DNA of 64,000 bases from Lama glama (lineage: Eukaryota). Position 1 is the first letter of the stretch. Every line of letters begins with the position of its first letter. The translations under genes and the position numbers were made by a program. The stretch is taken from NCBI GenBank assembly GCA_028534125.1, contig JAPYYK010000086.1:3100001-3164000 (forward strand). Reading direction: 5' to 3'. This document shows positions 1 to 12,988 of this stretch, piece after piece. The notes below the pieces were generated by a model. That model saw only the letters and a program-made list of their open reading frames with translations. It made no database searches and had not been told where the DNA came from.

Positions 1-130
1 TACAATGTGTTAATCTCTGGTGCACAGCACAGTGATTCATTTATACGTACATATTTTTCCTTTCCGTATTCTTTGTCATTAGAGGCTACTGCAAGCTGCT
101 GAAGATAGTCCCCTGTGCTGCACAGTAGGC
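1..130 (-). mobile_element. L1 3' UTR fragment (runs off the window edge)
   Basis: Resembles the reverse complement of the L1 3' ends at 55796 and 59766. Confidence 0.6.
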
Positions 131-3100
131 AATCACCATATTTAAAATTATTGTCACAAGCCAGGGAGAAAAGACCTCAGAAGTGGAGTCGGCTAGCCAT
201 ACCTACTAGATTCTAAGATTTTCTGGGAAAACAATGGATATTGCTAGAAAGCCCTGATTCAAAGCGTCAAAGAACTCAGGAGTCCACGTGTATGTGTGTC
301 TCGTGTCTGACGACACAGGAACAGAAACCCAGCAATGACTTTCCAAATCCTACACGAAAGCGGGCTGGAAAGCGGGTGTCAGTCCCCTTCTCCTCTGCAG
401 GAAGCAGGCCCCACACCCTGGGGGAGGTGTTTGTGAGCACAAGGGCCCTTCTGCAGCCCTCTCCTCGGACAGGCAGCCCAGTTCTGGAACCACGCAGCCC
501 TGCACTCCCCAGCGACCGCCCTTCCCACCTGTCACTGGGAAACAGGAATCCAGGGGCGCCCACCTGAGCCCAGACCGCCCTCCCTCCCTGGGCAGGTGAC
601 ACAAGACGATGAACAGGAAGCAAGAGCGGGCAGTGAGCCCTGGCTGGGACAGGACTTCAGCCATCAGTAACCGCCACCACTGCGGTCAGAATCCGACTCG
701 CACTAACCCCCCAGCTGCTCGTTTACTACTCTGAACCAGCTTCTCTAAGGCAAGACGAAACTGAGTCACTCCCTCTGGTGCTTCAGGGTGTCTGTCCTTA
801 ACTGGCCTGAAACAACCTGAATTCCTCACCATTTTCTCCAGAGAAAGAGACACGCGGGGCCAAGGGGATCTCACAAGTCAACTCCAGGCTACAATTAATC
901 TTCCTGGAACCACAAATCTCTAATGAGGCAGCGGGTGAGATGCTCCCAGCAGTCCCTGAGATCACAGGAGGAGAGAGGGGAGAGATGGGGGAAGCAAGCC
1001 GGCACTCAGGGCGGTGCGTCCCACCCTGGCGGGGGGCCCACAGGCCACCACACCCAGACCCACCCACCCACCCACGAGCACATGGGCTCCTCCGACAGAA
1101 AACAGCCCTGCTCCGGGAGGCTCAACGGCTAAAACTCCCTCGTGGCATTTCCTCTGCAGCCTGAGCATATGAGTAATGAATGTGTGAAAACACGAAACTA
1201 ATATTCACCATTACTTTACAAGATAAAGAACTTGAAGGAAAAACAGCTTCTGTGTGCCTTGCCATCACCATCAGGGGTACACTGTGAAAAACACGGCATC
1301 TTGCCAGAATCTCTGACTTCATCTTGCCAGCCAGGCTCGGCGCCGGCGGCCCTCAGCCCCCTCGAGCCCTCTCTTCGCTTCACGCTTCCTTAATTAACGG
1401 TGTCTTCTTGTGTCTAGTCATCCAGACTCTTTAAAGCCTCGAGAGCCAACTGGGGCTCCAGTATCCAATCAGGTGACACTCTGGCCAACGTGTATTAACT
1501 ATAAATGGGTCTAAGGCACCAGCCTTGAGTGGGGGGTGGGGGTTGGAGAGACTCCATTCATGACATCCTGCTGTAATCAGGTTCAGAATAGTTTTTCTCC
1601 CCATTTTTCTTTTCATTTTTTTTAATTGCCCATGTAACCACCACCTAGACCAAGATGTAGCACCAAACCCTCAAAAGGCTCCCTTCTGCCCCTCCTAGAA
1701 AGTAACCTCCCCTACCAGATGACTAATTCTATCATACACTCATTTTGAATTCAGGCTTTCATTAGCTCTCCTAAACAATTTCAAATTGACTTTTTAATTA
1801 TCGAACTGCCTCCCTCTAGGACCTGCTTTTCTCAAGTTATCTGTCAGATTTACAGTCCTACATTACAGCGCCGAGGCCCCTCGGGGTGCTTCTGGGCTAC
1901 TGTGTACAACTGCCATCACATCCCCAGTCCCCCTTCCACCCTCCTCTGCCTGTTCTGCTCACCCCAAAGGACCCAGTCCCCGCTGTGGGAGCATGTCTGC
2001 TCCTGCACCTCTGGGCCTCCTCTCCCATGCACCATGAGCGAGCCTCCCCATGTCCCAGCCATGTGCCCAAATCCCACCCTTCAGACCCCACACTCCTTCT
2101 TCAAAGTCCACCTCATCAAAAAACCTCCTATCAACGCCTCACACAGGTGTCGTTGCTTCTTCCTTGGAGGGTCCACAGTAATTTTCCTGCCTCTTGGATG
2201 GCATGACACATCATTCTGGAGACACAGCTCCCTACGTGCATGCATACCAAGTCTTAAATCTTTGCTAGATCATCAATTTCTTGAAGATTGGGCCTTTGTG
2301 ATTTCTCAAATTAGCAAAGTTTTGTTTTCTTTGCTTGTTTTTGAGGAAGGGAGGGAATAACCTAGGGCTTCCAACTTCTTATTTGGCCAGTAGAGGAAAA
2401 ACCCCAACTCCCATCCACTATCAATACCATTTCATCAAAGAAAAGACATCAGAGCTAAGAAAAACTGATCAGGATAGAACTTCAGAATAAAATGGCCAGA
2501 TGGTCCCTCAAACTGGCATATTTGGTTTATGAAAAACTGACCACACTGCCCTCATTTCCACACTTGGCTGTGCCTGGAGAAAATTCTCGTAGACCGATTG
2601 GCCCCAGTGTCTGGAAACCACTAACCTGAAATCCCCAGTAGAGCGCCGTGTATACAGAAAGTGCTCGAAAAATGTTTAGTCTGACTGCTCGAGTCACTGG
2701 AAATCACAGAGACCAGGAGCTTTCCAGCCCTGCTTCCATTCCAACACGCGCACCCAGACGCCAGGACCACGGCAGTGGGCGTGCAAATCCTGACGGATTC
2801 ACGTGGGACGAAATCAAACAGCAACCCCACACACTGCAGGTCACGTGTGCCCATGTGACAGCTCAGCTATGCAGCAGACTCTCCCGCAGGCACAACATTC
2901 AACTTCGGGCAGCGTATATAATGAACTTCGAGAGTGTGTGTTGGGGCAAGTGGGGACTGGAGGGCGAGGAGACAGGACCCCGCAGTCACTGTGCAGGCTG
3001 GGCGGGCACAGGGCACCTGGCTGAAGGGTGACCGGGGGCTGAAACCCAGGAGCCCTGGCTAGGGGCACATCTGCCAACAGGAAGAAACGCCCTTTTAAAA

Positions 3101-4112
3101 TTTGTACCAAGAACCAAAACTTCACTAATCCAGACTCTGAATTTAAACTCAAGACCAAGAGTATAAGGTCAAGTCAAATACATACATACAGGTGAATTTT
3201 ATGCCATGTAAATTATATCTCAATCAAAAACTATTATCAAAATGTGTGTGTGTGAAAAAGTTATCCCTGCGCAGAGGCAAAGAATGAAGAATGCATTAAG
3301 AAGGGGATACTAAAAATATTTAAAGGAATCATTTTAAGGGCCATTTATACATGAAAATTATATATGAAAATGTATATACTATTAAAATTCATTAAAATTG
3401 CTTTTTAAGAACGTCTAAGAATTCTACTTACTATTATTACTTTTAAATTAATTACATATTAATTTAATGAAAGTATTTTTAAATTTTTAATTAAAGATAA
3501 TTGAAACAGTAATTTAAAGTTATTATATTCTAAAATGGATCATACCCAGGCAACAAAAAGGCATTACTCATCTTTGACTCACCTAGCCTGGCTTTCCCCA
3601 GTTAGTTCCTATTATTTCAAACTGGTTCAGTTGTACTGAGCTTTTCAGTTAAAAGGCAGAGAAATTTATAGTCAGCAGGAACTATAGGGTCCATAGATGT
3701 AACAAATATAATTAGCACACAAAGTCCAAACTCCTTCTGGTCATCTTGTGATGGGATCCTCTGGGATCTTGGATTAAAAACTATACATATAATTCATTTC
3801 AATCATTCATCAAACCAACCTTTATGGATTACTCATTATGCCCCAAATCCTGGGCCAACTTGCTTTGCACAACCTCAGCATTCTACAAATTTTCAAAGGT
3901 AACCCATGTTTTAGAATCAAGCCTGAATTATGACTGAATGGCCACAGTACGATTTCAATAGAATGTGCTTTTTCGAACAACAGAATTTTGTGCCCTAAGA
4001 ATGAGCTATCCCCTATGCAAGAGTCTGTGCACCACCCGGGCACCCAGCCCCTAGAGGAGAGCCTCCTCCTATTCAGCAGGGCTGCCCACCAGCAGCCAAG
4101 CCACCCTCCTAC

Positions 4113-4303
4113 CTGTATGGTGGTGTTGCCTCCTTCCAGGAGGGCGATGGCCAGGAGGATGCTTTCATGAAACACTCGGTCACTGGACGCGTTCATGATG
4201 AGATCGATGACCAGATTGGAGGCGCCCTCCTTGTCGAGGTGGCACTGAACCTCAGCCAGGCTCATCTCACCCCTGCTCATGGAGCTGGACCCGGAACCTC
4301 CCC
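4113..4303 (-). CDS. ITPR1: ITPR1 exon GGSGSSSM...GGNTTIQ
   Basis: 191 nt; ttcttag| acceptor, CAG|gtagga donor; phase 1/0. Confidence 0.96.
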
Positions 4304-4344
4304 CTAAGAAGATGGAACAGTGCTCTTATTAACTACAATCACCG

Positions 4345-4530
4345 CAGCTAACATTTATTGCATTCCTTCTGCATACCAACACTTCATACACTGAACACTT
4401 TAACAGTACTATCTCCTTGAACCTTCTTAACAACCCCACAGAAAAGGTAATGATTATTAGCAGAGAGATGAAGTCACTTGTCCAAGGACACTCAGCTTAG
4501 CTTGTAAGTAACAGCAATGGCACTTGAAGG
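4345..4530 (-). mobile_element. MIR fragment
   Basis: gctaacatttattg...aagtcacttgtccaagg. Confidence 0.5.
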
Positions 4531-6268
4531 CAGGCAGGTAAGATGAAGGAAGAACAATACATTTTGAGCAAGAGATCTAAAGCTGTGTAGTTCAGACTCT
4601 TCCTTACATTAAAATGCAGTGATTTGGGGCAGAATTAAGAACTGATTTAAGACAAACCAAACTTGAACACTTCTTAGAACACTCTTAAGAAAGTGTAGCC
4701 TATGATGATGACTTCAGCCCTCTTTCTAAGAAGCCCATCCTGGCCCCAAACTCATCCTTCCACTAATTTTTATCTGTTCATTCATTCATTCAAAAACCAT
4801 TTACTCAGTGCTTGGTATGGAGACAAGAGCTGGGGGTAGCAGAGTGAACAAAACAAAGTTCCCACCCCCACTGAGCTTCAGATGAGACAAATACAATCAG
4901 GAGGAGATGGCCTACGCCATTCAGTGGGACACATCCCAACTGTGTTTAGATGGTGCCTATTTAAGACCTTGCATGATTTTTGGCAATAACCAAAATATTA
5001 ATGTACATGGGGAAATGGGCTAATCAATTTCAGAAAAACAGAAAACCATCTGTCAGTCCTTCCCTGCAGAGCTCAATTCAAAGGTACGTTACTTGTCCTT
5101 GACTTTCTAGATCTATTGCATCTACAGCACAAGGGAGACACTGGTTCCACATCAGAATCTGTCTCTGATTCCAACCCCCTCCTCATGATGCTCTCCAGGG
5201 CCTCACAGACTTGCTGAATGACCCCACCGTGGAAAGTCAAGAGAAATAATTTTGAGATGTGTGAGGAACCTCTGCTTCACAATCCCTGGGAACTTTCGGA
5301 TGAGATGCTAAGGTCCGCTTCTGGGTAACCTGCGAACGGCATCTTTGCCGCAGCTCCGTGAATTGAGCAGGTATGCCCCAGGTATTCCTCGGGCAAGACA
5401 CCCAAGATCCCTCCCCAGAAGTTGCCAGGATACATTTATCAAACACCCAGTGCTTCTGTGCTACCTGAGGAACCTCCAGGGACCAGCAGTGCCTCAGAGT
5501 CAACACTGTCGACAGGGAATCAGGCAACTCACATTTGTGCTTCGAGCACAGAGTTACTGGCCCCCCTTTAAGCCAACACCAGTACCCACAGTTCAGTTTG
5601 CAGCTTTTACCTGTACCTGTGTTTACAATGTTTTGGGACACCCCTCAGGATGTGTTTTTAAGCAATTCAATATAGAGGTTTTTTCCCGTGCGCCAACTCC
5701 CCTGAGACTTTTGGGGAGGCATAAGGCATGGGCATTAGGATCAGATATATCTGCTTCAAATTACAGACGAGTCACTAACTAAAGCGACCCTTTCCTCTGT
5801 TCAGCAGGGTAACAGCAGTCCCTACCACAGATAGTCAGTAACTTGGAGGAGAAAGGATAAAGAATGCAAAACAGTTGGGAAAGCCATCAGCTTAGTAAGC
5901 GTAAAATAAATGGTGGCTTTCACCCTCCTCACTCCCATCGTCATCCTCATCTTATGGGAAAACACTAGTTCTGATGACCGCAAGAAACGGTGCAACAAAG
6001 TCAAGTTCCTTGAGTCATTCAACTATCACCAGAGGGCTGCTGCGTGAGAAAGAGGGGCAAAGGCTTAGCCAATGTCTGATTGCTGGGAAATGTTTTCAGA
6101 CCTCAATTTGATGGTAGACCAAAGACAAAATAAGTTGCTAAAAAAAAAAAATACACTTGCAACCCAAATTCATCTGTTAGAGTTTCAACCTGCTGAGCAG
6201 AAACACGCAGCTCTCATGTGGCACACTCAGGTCACACGTGCAGCCAATTAGCACACCACGCAGCCTAC

Positions 6269-6401
6269 CTCCTCCCCCAGGCTTGCTGGGTCCTCCTGGT
6301 GACAGCGGGCCATTGCCAAAGCTGGTAAGGCTCTCTCTTCTTCCCGAAGGTCTGATGTTTCCATAGTAACGGTTGACCAAAATCTGCCTGAGGGCCTCAC
6401 C
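6269..6401 (-). CDS. ITPR1: ITPR1 exon GEALRQIL...SKPGGG(G) (PKA site RRES)
   Basis: 133 nt; aattaag| acceptor, GAG|gtaggc donor; phase 0/1. Confidence 0.95.
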
Positions 6402-9033
6402 CTTAATTCAAACAGGATAATGAAATCAGGTTCTGAATTTAATGCATAACTGAGCAACTAATATTGAAAAAAGAAAACCACAGGGGTAGTCAGTTCTAAT
6501 TGGCTCAGTCTCACTCAGTGAGAAGATAAATTATTGATAAAAGCATTTGGAAACTCTGAAGTTAAGTTCTTCAATATTTTCTCAGGAAACCAGATCATAA
6601 AAAGGCATCCATCTAGAATACGAAGTATCTGAAAGTGCTCTCTCTCACACACAGTGTTAAAGATAGAACATTAATTTGGAAGGGCAGCTAACAGTAACAA
6701 CAATGATACCAAAAAAAAAAAAAAAAAAACCCAAAAAGTCCCTTTGGGATAAGCCAAGAAAATTCAGACAAGATGAAAAATTTACAGGTCATCTTCCACA
6801 CAGCAATATGAAAATGTTACTCCAGCCACAGGACTTATTCCCAAGGTCCTAAGAAAACATTAAGATAGCAGAGTAAAATAAATAAATAAATAAATTACAT
6901 AAATGAAATAATAAGCCGGAAATAAGACTTTCTTACAGAAATAGTCAATGGACTAAATGGTAAAGAAAAAAAAATGCTACAGAAATTAAATTAGTGGCAG
7001 GTATCAGGTATGTCAGACAAGAAATAAGCAACGTGGATAAAATGACGAGGGGTTTGCTTTGAAATAATACGGGAGGAGAGGACTAGCTGGGTATAAACCA
7101 GACAAGAGTGAGCAAGAGCTGATAGCTGTTGAAGCTGCGTTACGAACGAGGGTTTGCAAAGCTCTTCAAAGTATGCATTTCAGATATATTATTTCCATGA
7201 TAAAAACTTAAAAAAAAATAAATATCAAAGGAATCCTGGGCAGGAGATACAACAACTCTTTTCCACAAATCCAATTAAAAAACAAATGAAACTCTGACTT
7301 GTTCTTGAATACTAAGGGCTACTGGTAACGCAGCGCAAAGCCGTAGGGCTGATTCTCAGCTCTGTCCCACCTGCGGTCATGCTGAGGGCCTCCCAGACCA
7401 CCTCTCAATCTGGAAGTTTCTAAAAGTCAAAGGCTGTGCGGATTGCCACCGGACCCTTTCCCAGGGACAACGTAGTAAGTCCTGGAGTTCCTCTGGTACC
7501 TCACTGCGAGGGGTAAGCGAGAAGTCTAGCAGAGGGAGGGCGTGTGGAAATACAGCAGGTCTCTAAAACAGAGGCTCAAGAGTTCCTCTGAAGAGGCGTG
7601 CAACTCTAACAGGAGTCAGGAGAATTCCAAGTGATTGGCTAATAAGCTCCAAGACTAGGTCTGGAGACTTCAAGGAGGGTGTTTGCAAAACAAGATGGGA
7701 AGGAGTAGACAGGAGGGAGAAGAGTGCCCTGAGGGTGTGGGGAGGCCAGGGCACCCTGAGGGAGGTGGGACCAGGATAAAGGCAGAAAACGCCTTAGTTC
7801 AACTGTCAAAATGACCTATGGGCCCAGGACTACACAGCCTGGTTCTTCTCGGTTACAGCCAAGCTGTGATTTCAAGACCCTGGGGACAAAAGGGGATAGG
7901 GTGGGAGGGAGGAGAGGGGAAGCAGTTCTGATTTTAAAATGAAAGTTCAGGAAAGAAAAAAAAAATCTTTATTTCCCCCTTCATTCCATCCACATATATG
8001 CGTCTCAATGTAGTTCCGCAAAGGAGAGCGCTTCCATTAGTACGTGAAACTCTTCCGACCTTGACCAATGGTAAATTCAAGATTTCGAGACTACTTCCAA
8101 AGGGGAAGCTCTTTGTGATTTCTAAAAATACTTTAAAAATAAACTGTTTGTGGTATAATATCCTTTAATGGCTTAGAAAATCGCATTTTGGTGTAAAGAT
8201 TGAGTTTTGCACCAGTACAAACACATCGACCGAAACTTTCCAAAGCTGTCACTGACAACATGGTGACTGTAAAAGGCTGACTTCATAAGACAAACATAAA
8301 TTTCAAAGGAATGTTCAAGAAAGCCTACTGAGAAAGAAAAAGGGGGACGACAAGGTCATGCCCATATTGAACAGAACAGGATATTAACTACCATTTCCCT
8401 TTGCTGACACAATGATGCATCTGTTTGATTTTCTTTCAAAAGGCACAGACTTTGAGTTCCCACAATAGGGATGGCTGGTGGGAAACCACCCCAATTTTCT
8501 ACTGGATTCTCATGGGCACCACAGAAACGGGTAAATGATTGAGAGGTAAATGGCTGGGCTGACACCTGCCAACTGCACCTCAGAAGACAGCCAATGGAGC
8601 CACAGTGTCAAGACTCTAGAAGGTCACAGGGCTGGCTGGTCAAAGGCAGGGTGACTGTCACCGGGCAACCAACACACGTGTCCTTTAAGGAAGTCTCAGC
8701 CAGAGCCTTCACACCTAGGATCAGAGTGGCTCTGCCAGATTCTCCGCTCCTCGTGGTTTTGAGGGTCATCAGCGAGAGCCTGGTCAGTTTGCAATCAAGG
8801 AAGCAAGAGGGCGAGAAAGGAGCACGTGCCGCTTGGGAACATGTGGACTCCAGGGACAGGAACTTCACATTTATGCAGCCTGGATGCCAAACTCAAGTTA
8901 CAAAGGGATCTCACATTACCATTTTGCCTCTCCTTTCACAGAAAAACCCTAGCAGTTACCATAGCAACTTATGCATCAAATGGTACATTTTTTCCCCTTA
9001 ACAGAATATCAGAAACAGTGTTCTTTATGGGAA

Positions 9034-9034
<1 letters not shown>

Positions 9035-9064
<30 letters not shown>

Positions 9065-9088
9065 CACACACTCTCTCTCTCTCTCTCT
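9035..9088. repeat. Compound (CA)n(CT)n microsatellite
   Basis: Directly visible. Confidence 0.9.
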
Positions 9089-9696
9089 CCACCCTACAAA
9101 CGAATTTTTTTCCCTCTTAACTGGAAGGTTTTTGGTACACATACACTTCACTTTCTCGCCACAAAATAAATAAATAAATAAAAATAAATTTTAAGGCAAG
9201 GGAAAAAAGAGAACATGTGGGATTTGCTTTTTAAAAAAAAATAAAAAAACAAGGTAAGATTCGTTCCTTTTCTGAAAAAATAAAGACTGAAAATTTAAGG
9301 TAAAAAAGGGACAGAAAGAGAACACGGATAAGCATTATTGAAAGTTATGCAAATCCCTAGTGTGAAAACTTAGGTTCAAGAAAAATGCTGTTTTTCTGAG
9401 CTAGTGGTTTAATTTAGGAAAAATTGAAATCTGCACAGAAAAGCCTTCCTAATCATCTTGATATAAAATTACTCAACGGCACTGAGCTGTTCACGGTGTA
9501 CCAGGCTGAGGAAGCGGATGGCAGAGAAGGAAAAAAAAAAAAGTGACTTCTCAAATAGCATCACTTCTCTGGCTGTAACATGTGGCCCGTGCAGTCCTTT
9601 TTTCAAGAACACTAGGTTTTCCCCAGCTGTTTATACCTACAGGATGCAAACAAAAGGTGTTTTGTCTCTGGTAAGAAATGCCGTGCACAATATTAC

Positions 9697-9702
9697 CTGA
9701 GA
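9697..9702 (-). other. Candidate 6-nt microexon (TCTCAG, Ser-Gln) or recursive splice site
   Basis: Minus strand ctctttacctttgtcttgtctcag|TCTCAG|gtaata, with about 90 nt free of AG upstream and ctgac branch-like motifs. Motif evidence only. Confidence 0.4.
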
Positions 9703-10194
9703 CTGAGACAAGACAAAGGTAAAGAGTTTCATTCGCAGTGTCAGGTGAGAACGGTGAAAACGGCAGGTCAGTGACGTGGAGTCAAGAAACCAAGCTCCTG
9801 CCCTGCAACTCGGTTCAGCCGAGTTTCATTCTGTCAGTTAGGCTAATGGCTAATTAACTGCTCGGGGACGCAGCCCAGCGTGGAACAAGGCACTCAGAGT
9901 TAACAGTGCCACAAGCAAAGGAGAGAAAAAGTGATCTCTAGGCTTTCCTGGTTCCAGCCACTTAAAAATCAGGTGCTTCAGGACAGATCACCCTCTCGTA
10001 TGAGCAGCAAGCCTCGCACACCTTAGTCAGCACTAAGGTAGCACCTCGATTTAAAAACACCTTCTTTTTCCTACACCTGGTGTCTGTCAAATCTCTGACG
10101 CATCTCAGTCTGCGAGGCAACCACCGCCATTAATACCCCTTCTCAGGGTCCAGCTGCTGTGCTGAGTGTTTCAAGGGCACAGCTCTGTAAAACA

Positions 10195-10340
10195 GTCCTA
10201 AGGGATGGAGACTCTTATCCCCACTTCACAGCAGGAGAAATTGAGGCCCATGGAGGTTAAACAATGTGCCCAAATCACACAGCAAGGGCCTGACAAAGGG
10301 AGGCTTGAAACTGTTTCTAATTCCAAAGCTCTTGCACTGG
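10195..10340 (-). mobile_element. MIR fragment
   Basis: ttatccccacttcacagcaggagaaattgaggccc core. Confidence 0.55.
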
Positions 10341-11712
10341 GGTGACCTCCAACACCATGTCCCCTGAGAACTTAGGCATGAGGGACAGTGATGTGCCTGG
10401 AACGGCTACCTCTAAGACTCTGGGAAATCCTTGAAGGACAGACAAGGATGGAAAAAACAGGAATGCAAGGTGCCCCTGAGCAGTGACCTGCAGGAGACAC
10501 TGGATGCTGGAGGCAAAGGGCTCAATGCCAGCTTCCTAGAAGCGCTTCTTTGGTCACAGTCCAAGAAATCAGTTGCCAGAGAGAGGAAAGGATTTGGGAC
10601 GTGGTGCGACTGGGCAGGGGTTGAAGGCTGTGAGCAGAGCAAAGGTGCACCAGGCACCCATTCGTCTCGGGCAAACATCCTCTGTGACCCTGATGACCCC
10701 AATTCCTTGACAGGCTTCTCCTTGACTGCTCACTTCCTAACCCCATGACTTGGGGAAGGTACCCAAGTTCTCTGAGTTTCAGTTTCCCAATCTGTGCAAT
10801 GGGGATGACGGCTGTGTCACTGGGTCAAAGTAAGCATTAATAAGGATTGATCTGTTAACATCTGTCAAAGTCTTAGCATATCATAAGCACCCAGAGAACC
10901 AGAGCATCTGGTATTTTCCAAAAAAGGAGGGTAACTTGAAGTCAGTGGTCAGCACGCTAATGATGGATGTAGCCTCCTAGGAAATGGTTCAGCAATGCAT
11001 AATCAGCACCTGAAGAAAGTATCTACCCTGTGGCTTAGAATCTCCCCTTTTAGGAATCAATCCACAGATGCACACCCTTGTTCATTTCCTCGTCAAAGGA
11101 AAACATTACAAAATACTTGTTAATTGGGGGAACCTCGGGCAGCTGTTAATGTTCAAAGACTTTCAAAGAAAACGCTCAGATACAATATTAAATGACAAAA
11201 GCAGGGAACAAAAGTCGTGCACATGGAATCATCCCAGTGACAAGGGAAGTGTGTGCTGGCCACACTCTCAGGTGTGTAAAAAAGTGGGAGAGAGTAATAC
11301 TAAATCAGCAGCTTTTATAGCTAGGTAGTGTCATTATGAACATTTTTATTATACTTTTTTGTTTATTATAAATTATCCCATAGTGATCATCAGTTACTCA
11401 CAGAAACAAAAGGAGAAAAAAAACCCAATTTTTTAAAGACTACACCTAAGGAGAAAGCCACCTCCAAAAAAGGAGGGAGGATGCAAAAAAGCTGACCTGG
11501 TCGTTATCTGGAGGCCAGCCGGGCGCAGCGCGTGAGCAGGTGGACGGGTGGGTGGAATCACTAGCTAGTTTCATTTAGATAAATGGCTGTGATTGGTCCT
11601 GAGCCAATTAATGCTTTAACAATGACAACGACAACAACAAAAACTATCCCTCTTTAAGTCACAGCGCGTGGCCAAGGGCGGTGTTATGGTCCCAACACTC
11701 AGAGCTACGTAC

Positions 11713-11760
11713 CCTTTTATGGTCTTCCAGTTGCCTCAGGGGTGGACTCGGCTCGACCTC
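11713..11760 (-). CDS. ITPR1: ITPR1 SII cassette exon 3, EVEPSPPLRQLEDHKR (48 nt; 51 nt to 11763 with the optional Q)
   Basis: ttag|cag|GAG tandem acceptor, AGG|gtacgt donor; SII-B/C peptide. Confidence 0.93.
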
Positions 11761-12952
11761 CTGCTAAGCATGCAGAAATTCCATTTAAGTAAGACACTAG
11801 GGAGACACGTCCAGCTTCAGGGTCAGTCACAAATAAGATGCACAGAGAGGGCGTGGACAGCGAAGACTTACACAGCAGGAGCAAAGGTCTGTTTTGGGTT
11901 TCCCCCCAAATACGAAGGCTCCATTCCTCCGGGTCCTGCTTCACAATCGCCCCATCGCCAACCCTACTGCACTGCTCAAAGTGAGCAGACACGTGATTTT
12001 TTGGGCCAAGATTATTTTTTGCAAGGATTATGAAAAGTAAGTTCGACATTCCATACATTTACATGAACCCAAAGGGGTTCCAATGCAAGACTCAACTGGG
12101 CAGGTCCCTGCGATTCAGACATGCATGACTGCACAGCACATGCGTGAGGACACGGATGCATACACTTCTGAGCAGACACACACATGGGACCTTGGCTCCC
12201 CCCAGCCCACCAGTACATGGCATTCTCATCCAGGCTACTGATGCTGAAGAGCGCTGACTGAGAATATTAGAGACCGATCATTGTAAACATCCATGCTGGA
12301 ATTCTGCTATTCCATCGTGTTTCAAATCTACACTCTTCTTTCAAATAAAATACATTTCATTTTAGCTTTGCCTCCTGTGGTTCTAGAACAATTTCTGCAA
12401 GGAAATTTTGATACTTGGAAATATGCCTCCTCCAAAAGCTTCTCTATGACTTTAGATGCCTTAGTTAATTTCAGTCCTTCATTTAGCAAGTTAGCGGCAG
12501 GAAGAACAGGAAGACTGCGTTGTGAAACCACTACTTGACTAGCAGCTCCCATCAAAACGATACATGAATATTCACAACTTCAAATTCACTTCATCTCTGC
12601 GCAGGACCCAGAGCTCTATTTTGTGTGGACCAGCAGAAAGGTCCAGACAGTCCAGCGTTTCTCAACTAAACACCCCAGGACTAAGACAAATGGTTTTATG
12701 TGAAAACCTTCTAAGAGTCACATCCCCTCTCCTGGAGCACACTTTGGTTTCAGCTCTAGCTGCTCAGAACTTTTCTTTCTGCACCAACAGCCACCCGATT
12801 ACAGCAATGACCAGGTCCCAGGCAGGCTAGAGACTCCCTCCGTCACCTGCCACCGGGACAGACACTCGACTACGACAGCTCGGACACTCAGCCAGGAACA
12901 CTGATAAGCACCATATTTGCTGGCACCGCAAATATAGGTGAGCAGCACACAC

Positions 12953-12988
12953 CTCGGTGGAATTCTCCGAGTCCGGAGCTTGGGGCAG
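12953..12988 (-). CDS. ITPR1: ITPR1 SII cassette exon 2, LPQAPDSENSTE (36 nt)
   Basis: actaac branch point, aaccag| acceptor, GAG|gtgtgt donor; SII peptide. Confidence 0.92.

Noticed and set aside
1-4112. Next ITPR1 exon (HSFFCRL...) or the intronic lncRNA EGOT
   Set aside because: No matching exon seen. From memory of the human locus both lie further into or beyond this long intron, and I cannot support them from this sequence.
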